From the sequence record SRR31156797_762: a stretch of DNA of 54,860 nucleotides. One strand, 5' to 3'. Within the stretch, counting starts at the first letter, position 1, and every line of letters begins with the position of its first letter. Below, piece after piece: positions 28,253-38,187 of this stretch. The translations under genes and the position numbers were made by a program. The notes under the pieces were generated by a model that was not told the origin of the DNA, did no database searches, and saw nothing but the letters and a program-made list of their open reading frames with translations.

Positions 28253-29404
28253 TTGGATCTATCTGTTGTCATAGTTAGTTTTAATGCTCCAGAATTTCTG
28301 AGGCTTACGCTGAAGTCAGTTTTTGCAGCATTGAGCAATATTCAAGGTGAAGTAATAGTCGTTGATAATAGCCCTAACAACAGTTGCGTTGATTTAGTAC
28401 GAAAAGAATTTGCAGATTGTCTCTTGATTGATAATAAAGACAACCCTGGATTTTCCGTGGCTAATAATCAGGGGATTGAAAAAGCTCAGGGAGACTATAT
28501 TCTTATTTTAAATCCAGATACAATTATAGCCGAAGATACCTTTGAAAAAATGCTTTCTTTTATGCAAAAGAAAGAAAACATGGGAGGGTTAGGAATACGA
28601 ATGTTGGACGGATCCGGTGGTTTTCTGCCGGAATCTAAACGAGGAATACCTTCTCCATGGGCATCATTTTGTAAAATGTCAGGTTTGTCGATGTTTTTCT
28701 CAACGAGCAGGTTGTTTGCAGAATATCAAAAGGGCTACTTATCAGAATTGGAAAACCATTCTATTGAGATACTGGCTGGAGCTTATATGTGTTTTCCTAA
28801 ATCTGTTTTAGACCAAATAGGAGGGTTTGATGAGGACTTTTTTATGTATGGAGAAGATATCGACTTGTCTTATCGATCAGTTTTATCCGGATATAAGAAT
28901 TACTACTATTCAGGCTCATCTATTATTCATTTTAAGGGAGAAAGTACAGTAAAGGATCAGGTGTATGTAAAGCGCTTTTATAAAGCCATGATCCAGTTTG
29001 CAGAAAAGCATTTCGGAGGAGCATATGGTTTGGTATTAAAAGCCTTCATATACTTTGGCGTTTTTGTAGTTAGAAGTGCTTCTGTTTTTCGTCATATTAT
29101 ACCAGTTAGTAATAAAAAGCAAACGAAAAAAAGAGAGGATCTTTATATCTTGAGTCATGATAATTTTGACGAAAGTATCTTAGGTAAACTTACATCACAC
29201 TTTTCAATACATCAAGTTCATCAAATTTCAACACAGCATTCCGGAACTATCTTGTTTAAGGTTGGAAGTACTTCTTTTAAGCAAATGGTTGAAATCATGG
29301 ATACTTACAAAGATCATTTTTCCTACCGTTTTTTTGATGAAGAACACAAGCTTATAATAGGCAGTGATTCTAAATTTAAAAATGGCAGTGTTATAGCGCT
29401 TTGA
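28253..29404 (+). CDS. GT2 family glycosyltransferase
   Basis: LSVVIV, VVDN, GFSVANN, LNPD and GFDEDFFMYGEDID motifs; TTG start. Confidence 0.92.
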   Translation: MDLSVVIVSFNAPEFLRLTLKSVFAALSNIQGEVIVVDNSPNNSCVDLVRKEFADCLLIDNKDNPGFSVANNQGIEKAQGDYILILNPDTIIAEDTFEKMLSFMQKKENMGGLGIRMLDGSGGFLPESKRGIPSPWASFCKMSGLSMFFSTSRLFAEYQKGYLSELENHSIEILAGAYMCFPKSVLDQIGGFDEDFFMYGEDIDLSYRSVLSGYKNYYYSGSSIIHFKGESTVKDQVYVKRFYKAMIQFAEKHFGGAYGLVLKAFIYFGVFVVRSASVFRHIIPVSNKKQTKKREDLYILSHDNFDESILGKLTSHFSIHQVHQISTQHSGTILFKVGSTSFKQMVEIMDTYKDHFSYRFFDEEHKLIIGSDSKFKNGSVIAL

Positions 29405-29546
29405 TGAAAAGTATTGTAGAGTTAAAACAAATCTCTATTTTTATAAAGTTTTGAGTACGAGTTGTCGTAAGGCTTCTTCTTATACATTTTCAATTTTATA
29501 ACTTTTAGTTTTGTGTATTACACAAGATATTTAAAGGCGATTTTTT

Positions 29547-31133
29547 ATGAAAAACATTTTTCTATTATCGGTTTTATTATTCACCGTAAGTTCTTTATCA
29601 GCTCAATTAAAAGAGTACAAAAAAGATATTCTGCAGGCAAATGATTATTTGGCAGTTGAGAATTACACCAAAGCTGCAAGTATATATGACGAACTATTGA
29701 AGGAGTATCCGGATGATAAATTTGTTATTTTTAAAGCAGGAGAGTGCTATCTTTTTTCAGAAGGAAAAATTGAAGAATGTATTGAACTGCTTGAGAAATC
29801 AACCGTCAACTACCCAATGGAAGATAAAAACAGTATTGAGGCGATTGAAGCCAGATACTATTTAGGACAAGCGTATCATTTAAATTACAGGTTTGAAGAT
29901 GCTTTAACAGTTTACAATAAGTTGCTTAATGAAATTCCGGAAAAGCGTGATGATGCCATTGAAAAGGTAAACCGGGAAATTGAATATTGTAAAAATGCCA
30001 TCGAATTACAAAAATCACCAGTTGAGTTTAAGATAACCAATATGGGTCCACTGATTAATACAGAGTATGATGAACATAGTCCGGTGGTTAATTTAGTAGA
30101 GGATTTATTACTATTTACTTCGAACAGACAGACGGTTGAAACGGTGAAGATGGCATCAGGAATTAGTGATGAAAATGTTTATTACTCTAAATGGAGAGAT
30201 AAACAATGGATAACTTCGCAACCTGTTGATTTGAATACCCGCAAAAATAATGCGACTATCGGATTATCTCCTGATGGAACTACGCTTTTGATATATCAAA
30301 ATGCCGGAGCGGTTGGAAATATCTATACAAGTCAGTTTAAAAATGATAAGTGGGGTGAATTAGAAAAATTACCTTCTCCAATTAACACCATCTCTAACGA
30401 AACGCATGCTTCCTTCTCAATGGATGGCAATACTTTGTTCTTTAGCAGTGACAGAGCAGGTGGTTTTGGAGGCAAAGACATTTATAAAGTGACTAAATTA
30501 CCCAATGGAGAATGGGGTAAAGTGATTAATCTTGGTCAGGAAATCAATACCGAATTAGATGAAGAAAGCCCATATATTCATCCCAAAGGAAATGTTCTTT
30601 ATTTTAGTTCTGAAGGGCATAAATCTATGGGAGGGTTTGATATTTTTAAAGCTACCTATAAAGATGAAAAATGGGTGGATATTAAAAATATTGGCTATCC
30701 GATAAATACGCCATTTGATGATTTGTTTTATGCCCCAACACTTGATGAGCAAAGGGTATATTATGCATCTAAAAGAGATGATGGATATGGAGGTTCGGAT
30801 TTGTATCTAATAGAGTTTCCTGGAGATCATCCTAATGCATTGACCGTTGTTGGAGGTTTTGTTTTCGAAGCAGATGGAGATCCTGCCATAGATGCGAAAA
30901 TTACAGTTCGAAGCAAAAAAGACAATACCATGGAAGGTGTATATCGCCCATCTCCAAATAACGGTAAATATATTTTCATCATTCCTTCAGATCAAGCCTA
31001 CACGATGGAAATAGAAATGGATGGATACAAAACTGTGATTAAAGATTTTAAAGTTCCTGCCGGTAAATCTTTTGCCAGAAGGAAATTTACCTATTACTTA
31101 GATCCAATTGTTTTAAAAGAGGATAAAAAGTAG
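29547..31133 (+). CDS. TPR + PD40 beta-propeller + carboxypeptidase-regulatory-like domain protein (PorE-like, lacking OmpA domain)
   Basis: Signal peptide, TPR helices, repeated INT..DE.SP...LFFSS.R.GG.GG.DIY. Confidence 0.88.
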   Translation: MKNIFLLSVLLFTVSSLSAQLKEYKKDILQANDYLAVENYTKAASIYDELLKEYPDDKFVIFKAGECYLFSEGKIEECIELLEKSTVNYPMEDKNSIEAIEARYYLGQAYHLNYRFEDALTVYNKLLNEIPEKRDDAIEKVNREIEYCKNAIELQKSPVEFKITNMGPLINTEYDEHSPVVNLVEDLLLFTSNRQTVETVKMASGISDENVYYSKWRDKQWITSQPVDLNTRKNNATIGLSPDGTTLLIYQNAGAVGNIYTSQFKNDKWGELEKLPSPINTISNETHASFSMDGNTLFFSSDRAGGFGGKDIYKVTKLPNGEWGKVINLGQEINTELDEESPYIHPKGNVLYFSSEGHKSMGGFDIFKATYKDEKWVDIKNIGYPINTPFDDLFYAPTLDEQRVYYASKRDDGYGGSDLYLIEFPGDHPNALTVVGGFVFEADGDPAIDAKITVRSKKDNTMEGVYRPSPNNGKYIFIIPSDQAYTMEIEMDGYKTVIKDFKVPAGKSFARRKFTYYLDPIVLKEDKK

Positions 31134-31303
31134 CATTCGATTATATATATTAGAGTTTTATGTTCTAAAATTTAGAACTCAAACCATGTTGAAATATATG
31201 CTTTCGTGTAAAGAAAGTGTTAAATCGGATAGAATAGCCTTGTCTTATTGCGGGTTATAGAGCTATTTTGTACCTTCGTTACAAATTTAGAAAAAACGTA
31301 ACA

Positions 31304-33241
31304 ATGCTTAAGACTAACCTTTTAGCCTGTTGTGCTCTTTTTTTGTCTGTTTTAATACCATTAAAAGCGCAAACAAATAATCCCAACAATAGTAAGTTAT
31401 TTAACCGGGCAGTTGCCTTCACCAAGGATGGTGATTTTAAAGAAGCAATACCTTTGTTTAAGCGAATCGCGGAAGATGAACCGGAGAATATTAATGTGAT
31501 CTATAACCTGGGGCATTGTTATCTGAATGCTACTGGAGGTCCGGATTCTGCTGAGGTTTACTTTTTAAAAACGGTTGAATTACTGGATGAGGATGAATAT
31601 AATACAGAGTTTGGTTTGGATGCTCATCTATCCTTAGCAAAATCACAACAGTTACTGTATAAGTTCGATGATGCTATTCAAACTTACGAAAAGACCTTAG
31701 GATTTATTGATGAGGATTTAACAGAAGTTAGGGAACTCATAGAAAGAGAGATTGAAACTTCAAATAATGGTATTGAGTTAATGAAGAACCCGGTTAAACT
31801 TGAGGTTCATAATCTGGGTAAGGAGATTAATTCAAAATATGATGACCATAGTCCTCTTGTAAATGCAGATGAAACATTACTGTTGTTTACTTCACGAAGA
31901 AAATCATCGTATTCACAAATGCTCCCAGATGGTCAGTTTTCCGAAACGATTTTTAAGTCAAATTATTTAACAGATAAATGGGATGATGCAGAGGTTGTAA
32001 CTGCCATTGCTGATGTTCAAAGTCACGATGCAGGAGTCTGTCTTTCTGCAGATGGTACCGAGTTATATATGTTACGAAGTGATTTTGATGGTCAAAATTT
32101 ATATGTCTCTGAGTTTGATGGAGAGAGCTGGAGTGAACCCTTCAAGCTTCCGGAAGGAATTAATAGTAGATATAATGAAACACATGCTTCCATTAACTCG
32201 GATAAGTCTATTTTATTTTTCACTAGTGACCGAAGAGGTGGATTAGGTGGATTAGATATTTATATGGTGCGTAGATTACCTAATGGAGAATGGGGCGTTC
32301 CTAAAAATTTAGGTGAAGATATTAATACACCTTACGATGAAGAAACGCCTATGATTCACCCCGATGGAAAAACTTTGTTTTTTAGTTCGGAAGGGCATAA
32401 TTCTATGGGTAAGTTTGATATTTTCTATAGTCGCATGAATGCCGATAGTAGTTGGAATGAGCCTGTAAATATGGGGTATCCTATCAACACTCCGGATGAT
32501 GATTTCTTTTTTGTTCCAACAGCTGCAGAAAATAGAGCCTATATGGCTTCATCCAGATTTGAGCATAATTACGGCGGTTCTGATTTGTATATGATTGAAT
32601 ATGAAGAGCCGGAAATAGACAGACTTGCTGTAGTAAAAGGAAAAATGAATGCAGGAAGAGAAGTGCCTTGGGATGATGTTGTTATTTATGTGAAAGAAAG
32701 AGGTCAATCTGAATTAATTGGAGAATATAGACCTAATCCGGTTTCAGGTTCTTATTTAATGATTCTGGAAGCTGATAAAACATATGATATATCATATCAA
32801 GGAGAGAATATTGAGAATAAAGATACTACGATTACCATTACTCGTGAAATGACTTATTTAAATAAACAACAGTCGGTTGCAATTGGTGATTTTATGGTCA
32901 ATTCTTTGATTCCTGAAGAAACTGCACAAACAGAAAGTGAAACTTCTCTTGCATTATCAGGAGTAACAACATCCGAAACTTCAGGGAAATATACCGTGCA
33001 ATTTATTACTTTAAAACGATTGGTTACGGATTATAGCGTATTTGGAGATATTAACGCTGATAAAATTAGAGTTTACCAATGTAAAGATGGAAATTACAGG
33101 TATGTATTTGGCGATTATCAGTTTTTTAAAGATGCTAAAAAAGCCAAGCAGGAAGTTATTAAAATTACAGGGTATGATGATTCCTTTGTAAGATACTTCT
33201 GGCAATTGGATAAAATGAAAGTGGAGGAAGCAGGTGAATAA
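31304..33241 (+). CDS. TPR + PD40 + CRD protein with C-terminal SPOR-like domain
   Basis: Paralogue of the upstream gene; C-terminal YTVQ...YRYVFG.Y....A......GY.DSFV SPOR pattern; ATG 31304 gives a signal peptide. Confidence 0.85.
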   Translation: MLKTNLLACCALFLSVLIPLKAQTNNPNNSKLFNRAVAFTKDGDFKEAIPLFKRIAEDEPENINVIYNLGHCYLNATGGPDSAEVYFLKTVELLDEDEYNTEFGLDAHLSLAKSQQLLYKFDDAIQTYEKTLGFIDEDLTEVRELIEREIETSNNGIELMKNPVKLEVHNLGKEINSKYDDHSPLVNADETLLLFTSRRKSSYSQMLPDGQFSETIFKSNYLTDKWDDAEVVTAIADVQSHDAGVCLSADGTELYMLRSDFDGQNLYVSEFDGESWSEPFKLPEGINSRYNETHASINSDKSILFFTSDRRGGLGGLDIYMVRRLPNGEWGVPKNLGEDINTPYDEETPMIHPDGKTLFFSSEGHNSMGKFDIFYSRMNADSSWNEPVNMGYPINTPDDDFFFVPTAAENRAYMASSRFEHNYGGSDLYMIEYEEPEIDRLAVVKGKMNAGREVPWDDVVIYVKERGQSELIGEYRPNPVSGSYLMILEADKTYDISYQGENIENKDTTITITREMTYLNKQQSVAIGDFMVNSLIPEETAQTESETSLALSGVTTSETSGKYTVQFITLKRLVTDYSVFGDINADKIRVYQCKDGNYRYVFGDYQFFKDAKKAKQEVIKITGYDDSFVRYFWQLDKMKVEEAGE

Positions 33242-33749
33242 ACAAGTTGCTCTTCGGGCATTGGAACCTGATGATGTAGATTTATTATATAAGTGGGAAA
33301 ATGATATGGCTTTATGGGTTTATGCAGATACCATAAAGCCTTTTTCGCGTCATCAGTTGCAACAATATATAAAAGGCATTAACCTGGATATTTATCAATC
33401 CAAAGAATTAAAGCTGATTATTGAAACGGAAGAGGATAAACCAGAGCCACTTGGTATTATTGATTTATTTGATTTCGATCCGTATCACAATAGAGCCGGA
33501 GTTGGTATAATGGTAAATAAAAAGTTCGAAGGGAAAGGTTATGCTTCTGCTGCTTTAAGCTTATTTGTTGAGTACTGTTTTCAAACGCTGGGCATTTTTC
33601 AACTTTATTGTTCCATTGCTGAGAATAATGAAAAAAGTAAGAATTTATTCACAGGAAAAGGCTTTGAATGTACAGGAATAAGAAAAAAATGGAGGAAGAT
33701 TGGTAGAGATTATGTTGATGAAGGATTTTATCAACTAATTAACCTTTAA
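33234..33749 (+). CDS. GNAT N-acetyltransferase (RimJ/RimL-like)
   Basis: LRALEP.D...LYKWEN, GKGYAS acetyl-CoA motif, N..S..LF...GF. Confidence 0.9.
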   Translation: MNKQVALRALEPDDVDLLYKWENDMALWVYADTIKPFSRHQLQQYIKGINLDIYQSKELKLIIETEEDKPEPLGIIDLFDFDPYHNRAGVGIMVNKKFEGKGYASAALSLFVEYCFQTLGIFQLYCSIAENNEKSKNLFTGKGFECTGIRKKWRKIGRDYVDEGFYQLINL

Positions 33750-34194
33750 TTAGATTATACTCTGGAATTTCCTTTAAGAAATTGTAGCCCGTCCCAGTTT
33801 TATCAATCAGTGCACAATAATGATGTAATCCATTTGTTAAACAAATGAGTTTGGTTTGCAGTTGAATATTATACCGAGCAGCCTGATTAAAAACTTCCTG
33901 TGTAATTTTTACAGAAGGAGCTTTGCATTCTACAATAAAAATAGCTTGTCTTTTAGTATTAAATACAACAATATCTGCTCGTTGTGACAAACCGTTAATG
34001 TTTACCTTTGTTTCTACAGCAATTAGAGAGGCTGGGAAATTTTTTTCTTCGATTAAAAAAGCAATAAAATTTTGTCTGACCCATTCCTCCGGAGTAAGAA
34101 CTACATTTTTCTTTCGAATTCGGTCAAAGATTTTTTTTCTGCCATCTTCTTCCGATATCTTAAATAGATATGTAGGTAAATTTAGAGTTTGCAT
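33739..34194 (-). CDS. Stand-alone type I restriction enzyme HsdR N-terminal (PD-(D/E)xK) domain protein
   Basis: TPEEWVRQ, RADIVV...IVECK, QAARY and TNG motifs. Confidence 0.9.
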   Translation of the reverse strand: MQTLNLPTYLFKISEEDGRKKIFDRIRKKNVVLTPEEWVRQNFIAFLIEEKNFPASLIAVETKVNINGLSQRADIVVFNTKRQAIFIVECKAPSVKITQEVFNQAARYNIQLQTKLICLTNGLHHYCALIDKTGTGYNFLKEIPEYNLIKG

Positions 34195-34214
34195 GTTTTT
34201 ATAAAAATGAGCTA

Positions 34215-34316
34215 CAAATATAAAAGTTATCCAATGATTAAAAAGGGCAACAAAATGTTTTAAACAAAATAGACCAAACGGTCGGTTTATGTTTTTAGAT
34301 AATTTTATTAGATTTG
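34215..34316. promoter_or_regulatory. Divergent -7 boxes (minus 34222-34215; plus 34309-34316) with a near-palindrome at 34273-34286
   Basis: TATATTTG and TAGATTTG; ACCAAACGGTCGGT lies between them. Confidence 0.55.
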
Positions 34317-34365
34317 ATAAACCATTTAATGTGATTTCATGTTAAATATTTCAAAACTATAAGAT

Positions 34366-35142
34366 ATGAAAACAAAAGAGGATATTGTAAATAATTGGTT
34401 ACCCAGATATACAGGAAGAAAATTAGAAGATTTTACGCCATATATTTTGCTGACAAATTTTCAACATTATGTTGATCTGTTTGCGGAATGGAATAATGTT
34501 CCCATAGTTGGTCAGGATCATAATATGCCTAATGCAAGTGCAGATGGTGTTACTATTATTAATTTTGGAATGGGTAGTCCAAATGCAGCAACAATCATGG
34601 ATTTATTAAGTGCGATTAATCCCAAAGCGGTTTTGTTTTTAGGAAAATGCGGAGGCTTAAAAAAGAAAAATCAGTTAGGAGATTTAATTTTGCCTATTGC
34701 AGCTATTCGTAACGAAGGTACTTCCAATGATTATTTACCTGCAGAAGTTCCGGCTTTACCAGCCTTTAGTCTGCAAAGAGCTGTATCTACTACTATTCGT
34801 GATAATGCCAGAGATTACTGGACGGGAACTGTATTTACCACAAACAAAAGGGTTTGGGAGTATGACGATCGTTTTAAGCGTTATTTGGAAAAAACCAGAG
34901 CTATGGCCATTGACATGGAAACGGCAACTATTTTTACGGTTGGTTTTGCTAATGAAATTCCTGTTGGGGCATTGTTGCTGGTATCGGATCAACCAATGAT
35001 TTCTACCGGGATTAAAACAGATGAGAGCGATAAAAAGGTTACGGTTGAATATGTAGAACAGCACCTTCAAATAGGGATTGATTCATTAAAAGAAATCAGT
35101 ACCGGAGGAAAGTCAGTGAAACATCTGTTGTTTGATAATTAA
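34366..35142 (+). CDS. amn: AMP nucleosidase (PNP/UDP family 1)
   Basis: NWLPRYTG, ILLTNF, NFGMGSPNAATIMDLL, FLGKCGGL, IDMETAT and LLVSD motifs. Confidence 0.95.
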   Translation: MKTKEDIVNNWLPRYTGRKLEDFTPYILLTNFQHYVDLFAEWNNVPIVGQDHNMPNASADGVTIINFGMGSPNAATIMDLLSAINPKAVLFLGKCGGLKKKNQLGDLILPIAAIRNEGTSNDYLPAEVPALPAFSLQRAVSTTIRDNARDYWTGTVFTTNKRVWEYDDRFKRYLEKTRAMAIDMETATIFTVGFANEIPVGALLLVSDQPMISTGIKTDESDKKVTVEYVEQHLQIGIDSLKEISTGGKSVKHLLFDN

Positions 35143-35171
35143 TCGTATTTTTGCATCAAAGTGATGCTCCT

Positions 35172-36176
35172 ATGAACGAATTTCAGCAAATTATGGCGGA
35201 TTTAAAGAACCGCCAGTTTAAACCTATATACTTTTTACACGGGGAAGAAACCTACTATATTGATGTCATTACCGATTATATTGTTGATAACGTTTTAACT
35301 GAAGAAGAAAAAGGGTTTAATCAAACGGTTTATTATGGTAAAGATGTAGATGCACAAACGGTTGTTATGGCCGCCAGAAGATATCCCATGATGTCTCAAT
35401 ATCAGGTAGTAGTTGTAAAAGAAGCCCAATACTTAGATAAGATTGAAGAATTACAACACTATGTAACAGCTCCTTTAAACTCAACTATTCTGGTTGTGAA
35501 TTACAAGTATAAAACGCTGGATAAAAGGAAGAAGCTAGGGACTTTATTAAAAAAGAGCAATGCCATTTTTGAGTTTAAAAAACTCTATGACAATCAGGTT
35601 TCTGCATGGATTACATCTTATCTGAAACAGCAAGGGCTTAGCATTGATATGAAAGCTAGTTCCCTGTTGGCTGAGTCATTGGGCACAGATCTTTCAAAAA
35701 TTGTAAAAGAACTTGATAAGCTTCGCGTGGCAATCGGTGCTGATATAAAGCAGATATCACCTGAACACATAGAAAAGAATATTGGTTTAAGTAAGGATTA
35801 TAATAGTTTTGAATTGCAGAAAGCAATTATCAATAAAGATATTCTTAAGGCGAATAAAATTATCAAAGTATTCGCAAAAAATCCGAAAGATCATCCTATA
35901 CAAGCTACCATATCCGTTTTATATAATTTCTTTTCTAAACTGATGGTTTATTATTACCTAAAGGACAAAGGAAAAGCTAATGTGGCTAAAGAACTTTCTG
36001 TAAATCCATATTTCGTGCAGGATTATGCTATTGGAGCAAGAAATTATTCCGGTCGAAAAGTGGTAGCTGTTATTTCAACCTTAAGGGAATATGATATGAA
36101 AAGCAAGGGATTTGGGAATGTGAGTGCAGATACCGGAGATTTATTAAAAGAACTCATTTTTAAAATATTACATTAA
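35172..36176 (+). CDS. holA: DNA polymerase III delta subunit
   Basis: PIYFLHGEE.YYID, RRYPMM, VVVKEAQ, IGLSKDYN.FEL; ATG 35172 preferred because the upstream TTG lies in a TATTTTTG box. Confidence 0.95.
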   Translation: MNEFQQIMADLKNRQFKPIYFLHGEETYYIDVITDYIVDNVLTEEEKGFNQTVYYGKDVDAQTVVMAARRYPMMSQYQVVVVKEAQYLDKIEELQHYVTAPLNSTILVVNYKYKTLDKRKKLGTLLKKSNAIFEFKKLYDNQVSAWITSYLKQQGLSIDMKASSLLAESLGTDLSKIVKELDKLRVAIGADIKQISPEHIEKNIGLSKDYNSFELQKAIINKDILKANKIIKVFAKNPKDHPIQATISVLYNFFSKLMVYYYLKDKGKANVAKELSVNPYFVQDYAIGARNYSGRKVVAVISTLREYDMKSKGFGNVSADTGDLLKELIFKILH

Positions 36177-36218
36177 GTTCAGATTGCGGGGTGTCGCAGT
36201 GTTAATGATTTAGTAACT

Positions 36219-36833
36219 ATGAACGTACTTTTTATATTAATAGGAGCCATTGTTATTGTGAGTGTAATGGCCTTTAATAAAACAGAATTATTATACCGAT
36301 ATAATTTTAATGCCTATCAAATCATGCATCGGAATCAGTATTACAGGTTGATTTCGCATGGATTTCTGCATGGTTCCTGGATGCACTTGTTAATTAATAT
36401 GTTTGTGTTGCATTCATTTGGAAGGGCAGTTATTTTTTATTTCAATCAGGCGTTTCCGGGAAGAGGAATTGTCATGTTCTTAATTCTGTTTTTTGCCGGA
36501 CTGGTTTTTTCTAGTTTATTCTCCTTGTTTAAGGAAAAAGACAATCCTCATTATAATGCAATTGGTGCTTCAGGAGCTGTTTCTGCAGTGGTATTTGCAA
36601 GCATATTTTTTGCTCCTTACAGTAAGTTATATTTATTTATGGTTTTACCCATTCCAGGTATTTTATTTGGAGTTGGCTACCTGATTTATTCCAAGGTAAT
36701 GGCTCAAAAAAATATGGATAATATTGGGCATGATGCTCATTTTTGGGGAGCAGTGTTTGGTTTTATATTTCCTATTATTTACAAACCTTCCTTATTTCTG
36801 GATTTTATTCACCAATTAATTCCATTTATTTAA
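36219..36833 (+). CDS. Rhomboid intramembrane serine protease
   Basis: HLLINM, GASG catalytic Ser and AHFWGA catalytic His. Confidence 0.95.
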   Translation: MNVLFILIGAIVIVSVMAFNKTELLYRYNFNAYQIMHRNQYYRLISHGFLHGSWMHLLINMFVLHSFGRAVIFYFNQAFPGRGIVMFLILFFAGLVFSSLFSLFKEKDNPHYNAIGASGAVSAVVFASIFFAPYSKLYLFMVLPIPGILFGVGYLIYSKVMAQKNMDNIGHDAHFWGAVFGFIFPIIYKPSLFLDFIHQLIPFI

Positions 36834-37336
36834 TGAATAAAGCTGTTTTTGTTGATAGAGACGGTGTTGTAAATGATGATACCGGGCATTATTATATATA
36901 TAAGTCACAGGATTTTGTTTTTAATCCAGAACTGGAAAAGTCATTGATAACTTTAAAGGAAGCCGGTTATATGTTGGTTTTAGTGACAAACCAGGGAGGT
37001 GTGGCTAAAGGTGAATACACCGAAAAGGATATTGATGAGGTGCATACCTATATGCAAAATCATTTAAAAGCAAAAGGTGCTGAATTTGATGCCATTTATT
37101 ATTGCCCACATCACGATTCAGTTTCGGAATGTGATTGTAGAAAACCAAAGCCGGGTATGATTCTAAAAGCAATGGAAGATTTACATATAGACCCTCAACA
37201 ATCGTTTTTAATTGGAGATTCTCCACGCGATGTTGAAGCTGGAAATGCTGCCGGACTAAAGCAGTGTTTTAAAGTGGAAAAGAATACATCCATTTATAAA
37301 CAGGCTTGTGAAATTGTATTTTTGAATTCAAAGTAA
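36833..37336 (+). CDS. gmhB: HAD-IIIA phosphatase, D,D-heptose-1,7-bisphosphate phosphatase-like
   Basis: DRDGV, TNQGG, CPH...CDCRKP and IGD motifs; TAATG overlap with the rhomboid stop. Confidence 0.85.
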   Translation: MNKAVFVDRDGVVNDDTGHYYIYKSQDFVFNPELEKSLITLKEAGYMLVLVTNQGGVAKGEYTEKDIDEVHTYMQNHLKAKGAEFDAIYYCPHHDSVSECDCRKPKPGMILKAMEDLHIDPQQSFLIGDSPRDVEAGNAAGLKQCFKVEKNTSIYKQACEIVFLNSK

Positions 37337-38187
37337 TGGCTGATTTTGTTATTTACAACGGGGAAATAGTTGCTGCTGATAAAGTTCCTGTGAGTTTTAA
37401 TAACCGAGCTTTTAAATATGGAGATTCGGTATTTGAAACAGTGAGGTGTAATGGTAACTTTCCATTGCATTTTTCTTTTCACTACCAACGAATTATTCAT
37501 GCATTTCTTCAAACTAAGATGGATTTCACCTCATTTCCACGTCAGGAGGAATTGGAAAATATGGTAGCAAAGCTTCTAAAAAAGAAGTCATTTTATAAAT
37601 CATCACGAATTCGAATAGAAGCATTTCGGACGGGAGCAGGTTTGTATACTCCACAAGAAAATAAGATAAATTTTATTATTGAGGCCACTCCATTAGCATC
37701 TGAAAACTATCAGTTAAATACGAAGGGATTGTTGGTGGATGTTTTTAGTGATATGAAAAAAATGTACAGTCCGATTTCTTCCTTTAAAAATGGAAATGCT
37801 TTTCATTATATATTGGCAGCATGTTTTAAAAAAGAACAAAGGCTTGATGATTGTCTTTTGTTAAACGATCAAGATAAAATAATTGAGGGAAATAGTTCTA
37901 ATCTCTTTTGGGTCAAGGACGGTACTTTATATACACCATCCGTTTTTTCGGGATGTGTGGATGGTGTTATGCGAAAAGTAGTTATGCAGTTAGTAAAAGA
38001 AACCAAGTTTATTAATCTGGTAGAAACGCAAGGAGCCACAGAAAGTGAGCTTTTAAACGCAGACGAGTTATTCTTAAGCAATGCAATACAAGGAATTCAA
38101 TGGATTGTAGGGTTTAAATCAAAAAGATATTTTCACAATGTGTCGCGTCAGCTTTCAAGTCTTTTAAATGAGACGTATTTTTCTTAA
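37336..38187 (+). CDS. pabC: Class IV aminotransferase / aminodeoxychorismate lyase
   Basis: YGDSVFET, EGNSSNLF, GCVDGVMR and ADELFLSNA motifs. Confidence 0.8.
   Translation: MADFVIYNGEIVAADKVPVSFNNRAFKYGDSVFETVRCNGNFPLHFSFHYQRIIHAFLQTKMDFTSFPRQEELENMVAKLLKKKSFYKSSRIRIEAFRTGAGLYTPQENKINFIIEATPLASENYQLNTKGLLVDVFSDMKKMYSPISSFKNGNAFHYILAACFKKEQRLDDCLLLNDQDKIIEGNSSNLFWVKDGTLYTPSVFSGCVDGVMRKVVMQLVKETKFINLVETQGATESELLNADELFLSNAIQGIQWIVGFKSKRYFHNVSRQLSSLLNETYFS

Noticed and set aside
33234-33749. GNAT as a spermidine acetyltransferase of the polyamine operon
   Set aside because: About 10 kb away, coupled to the PD40-SPOR gene; substrate cannot be inferred from sequence
33739-34194. HsdR N-terminal gene as a restriction-modification or defence island
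   Set aside because: No hsdM/hsdS or helicase domain; a stand-alone gene beside amn/holA is a usual Bacteroidota arrangement
36743-36832. Long N-terminal extension of the GmhB-like ORF
   Set aside because: Overlaps the rhomboid gene; the TAATG-coupled ATG at 36833 gives the canonical start. Upstream starts at 31268, 35151, 38951 and 46744 were likewise shortened
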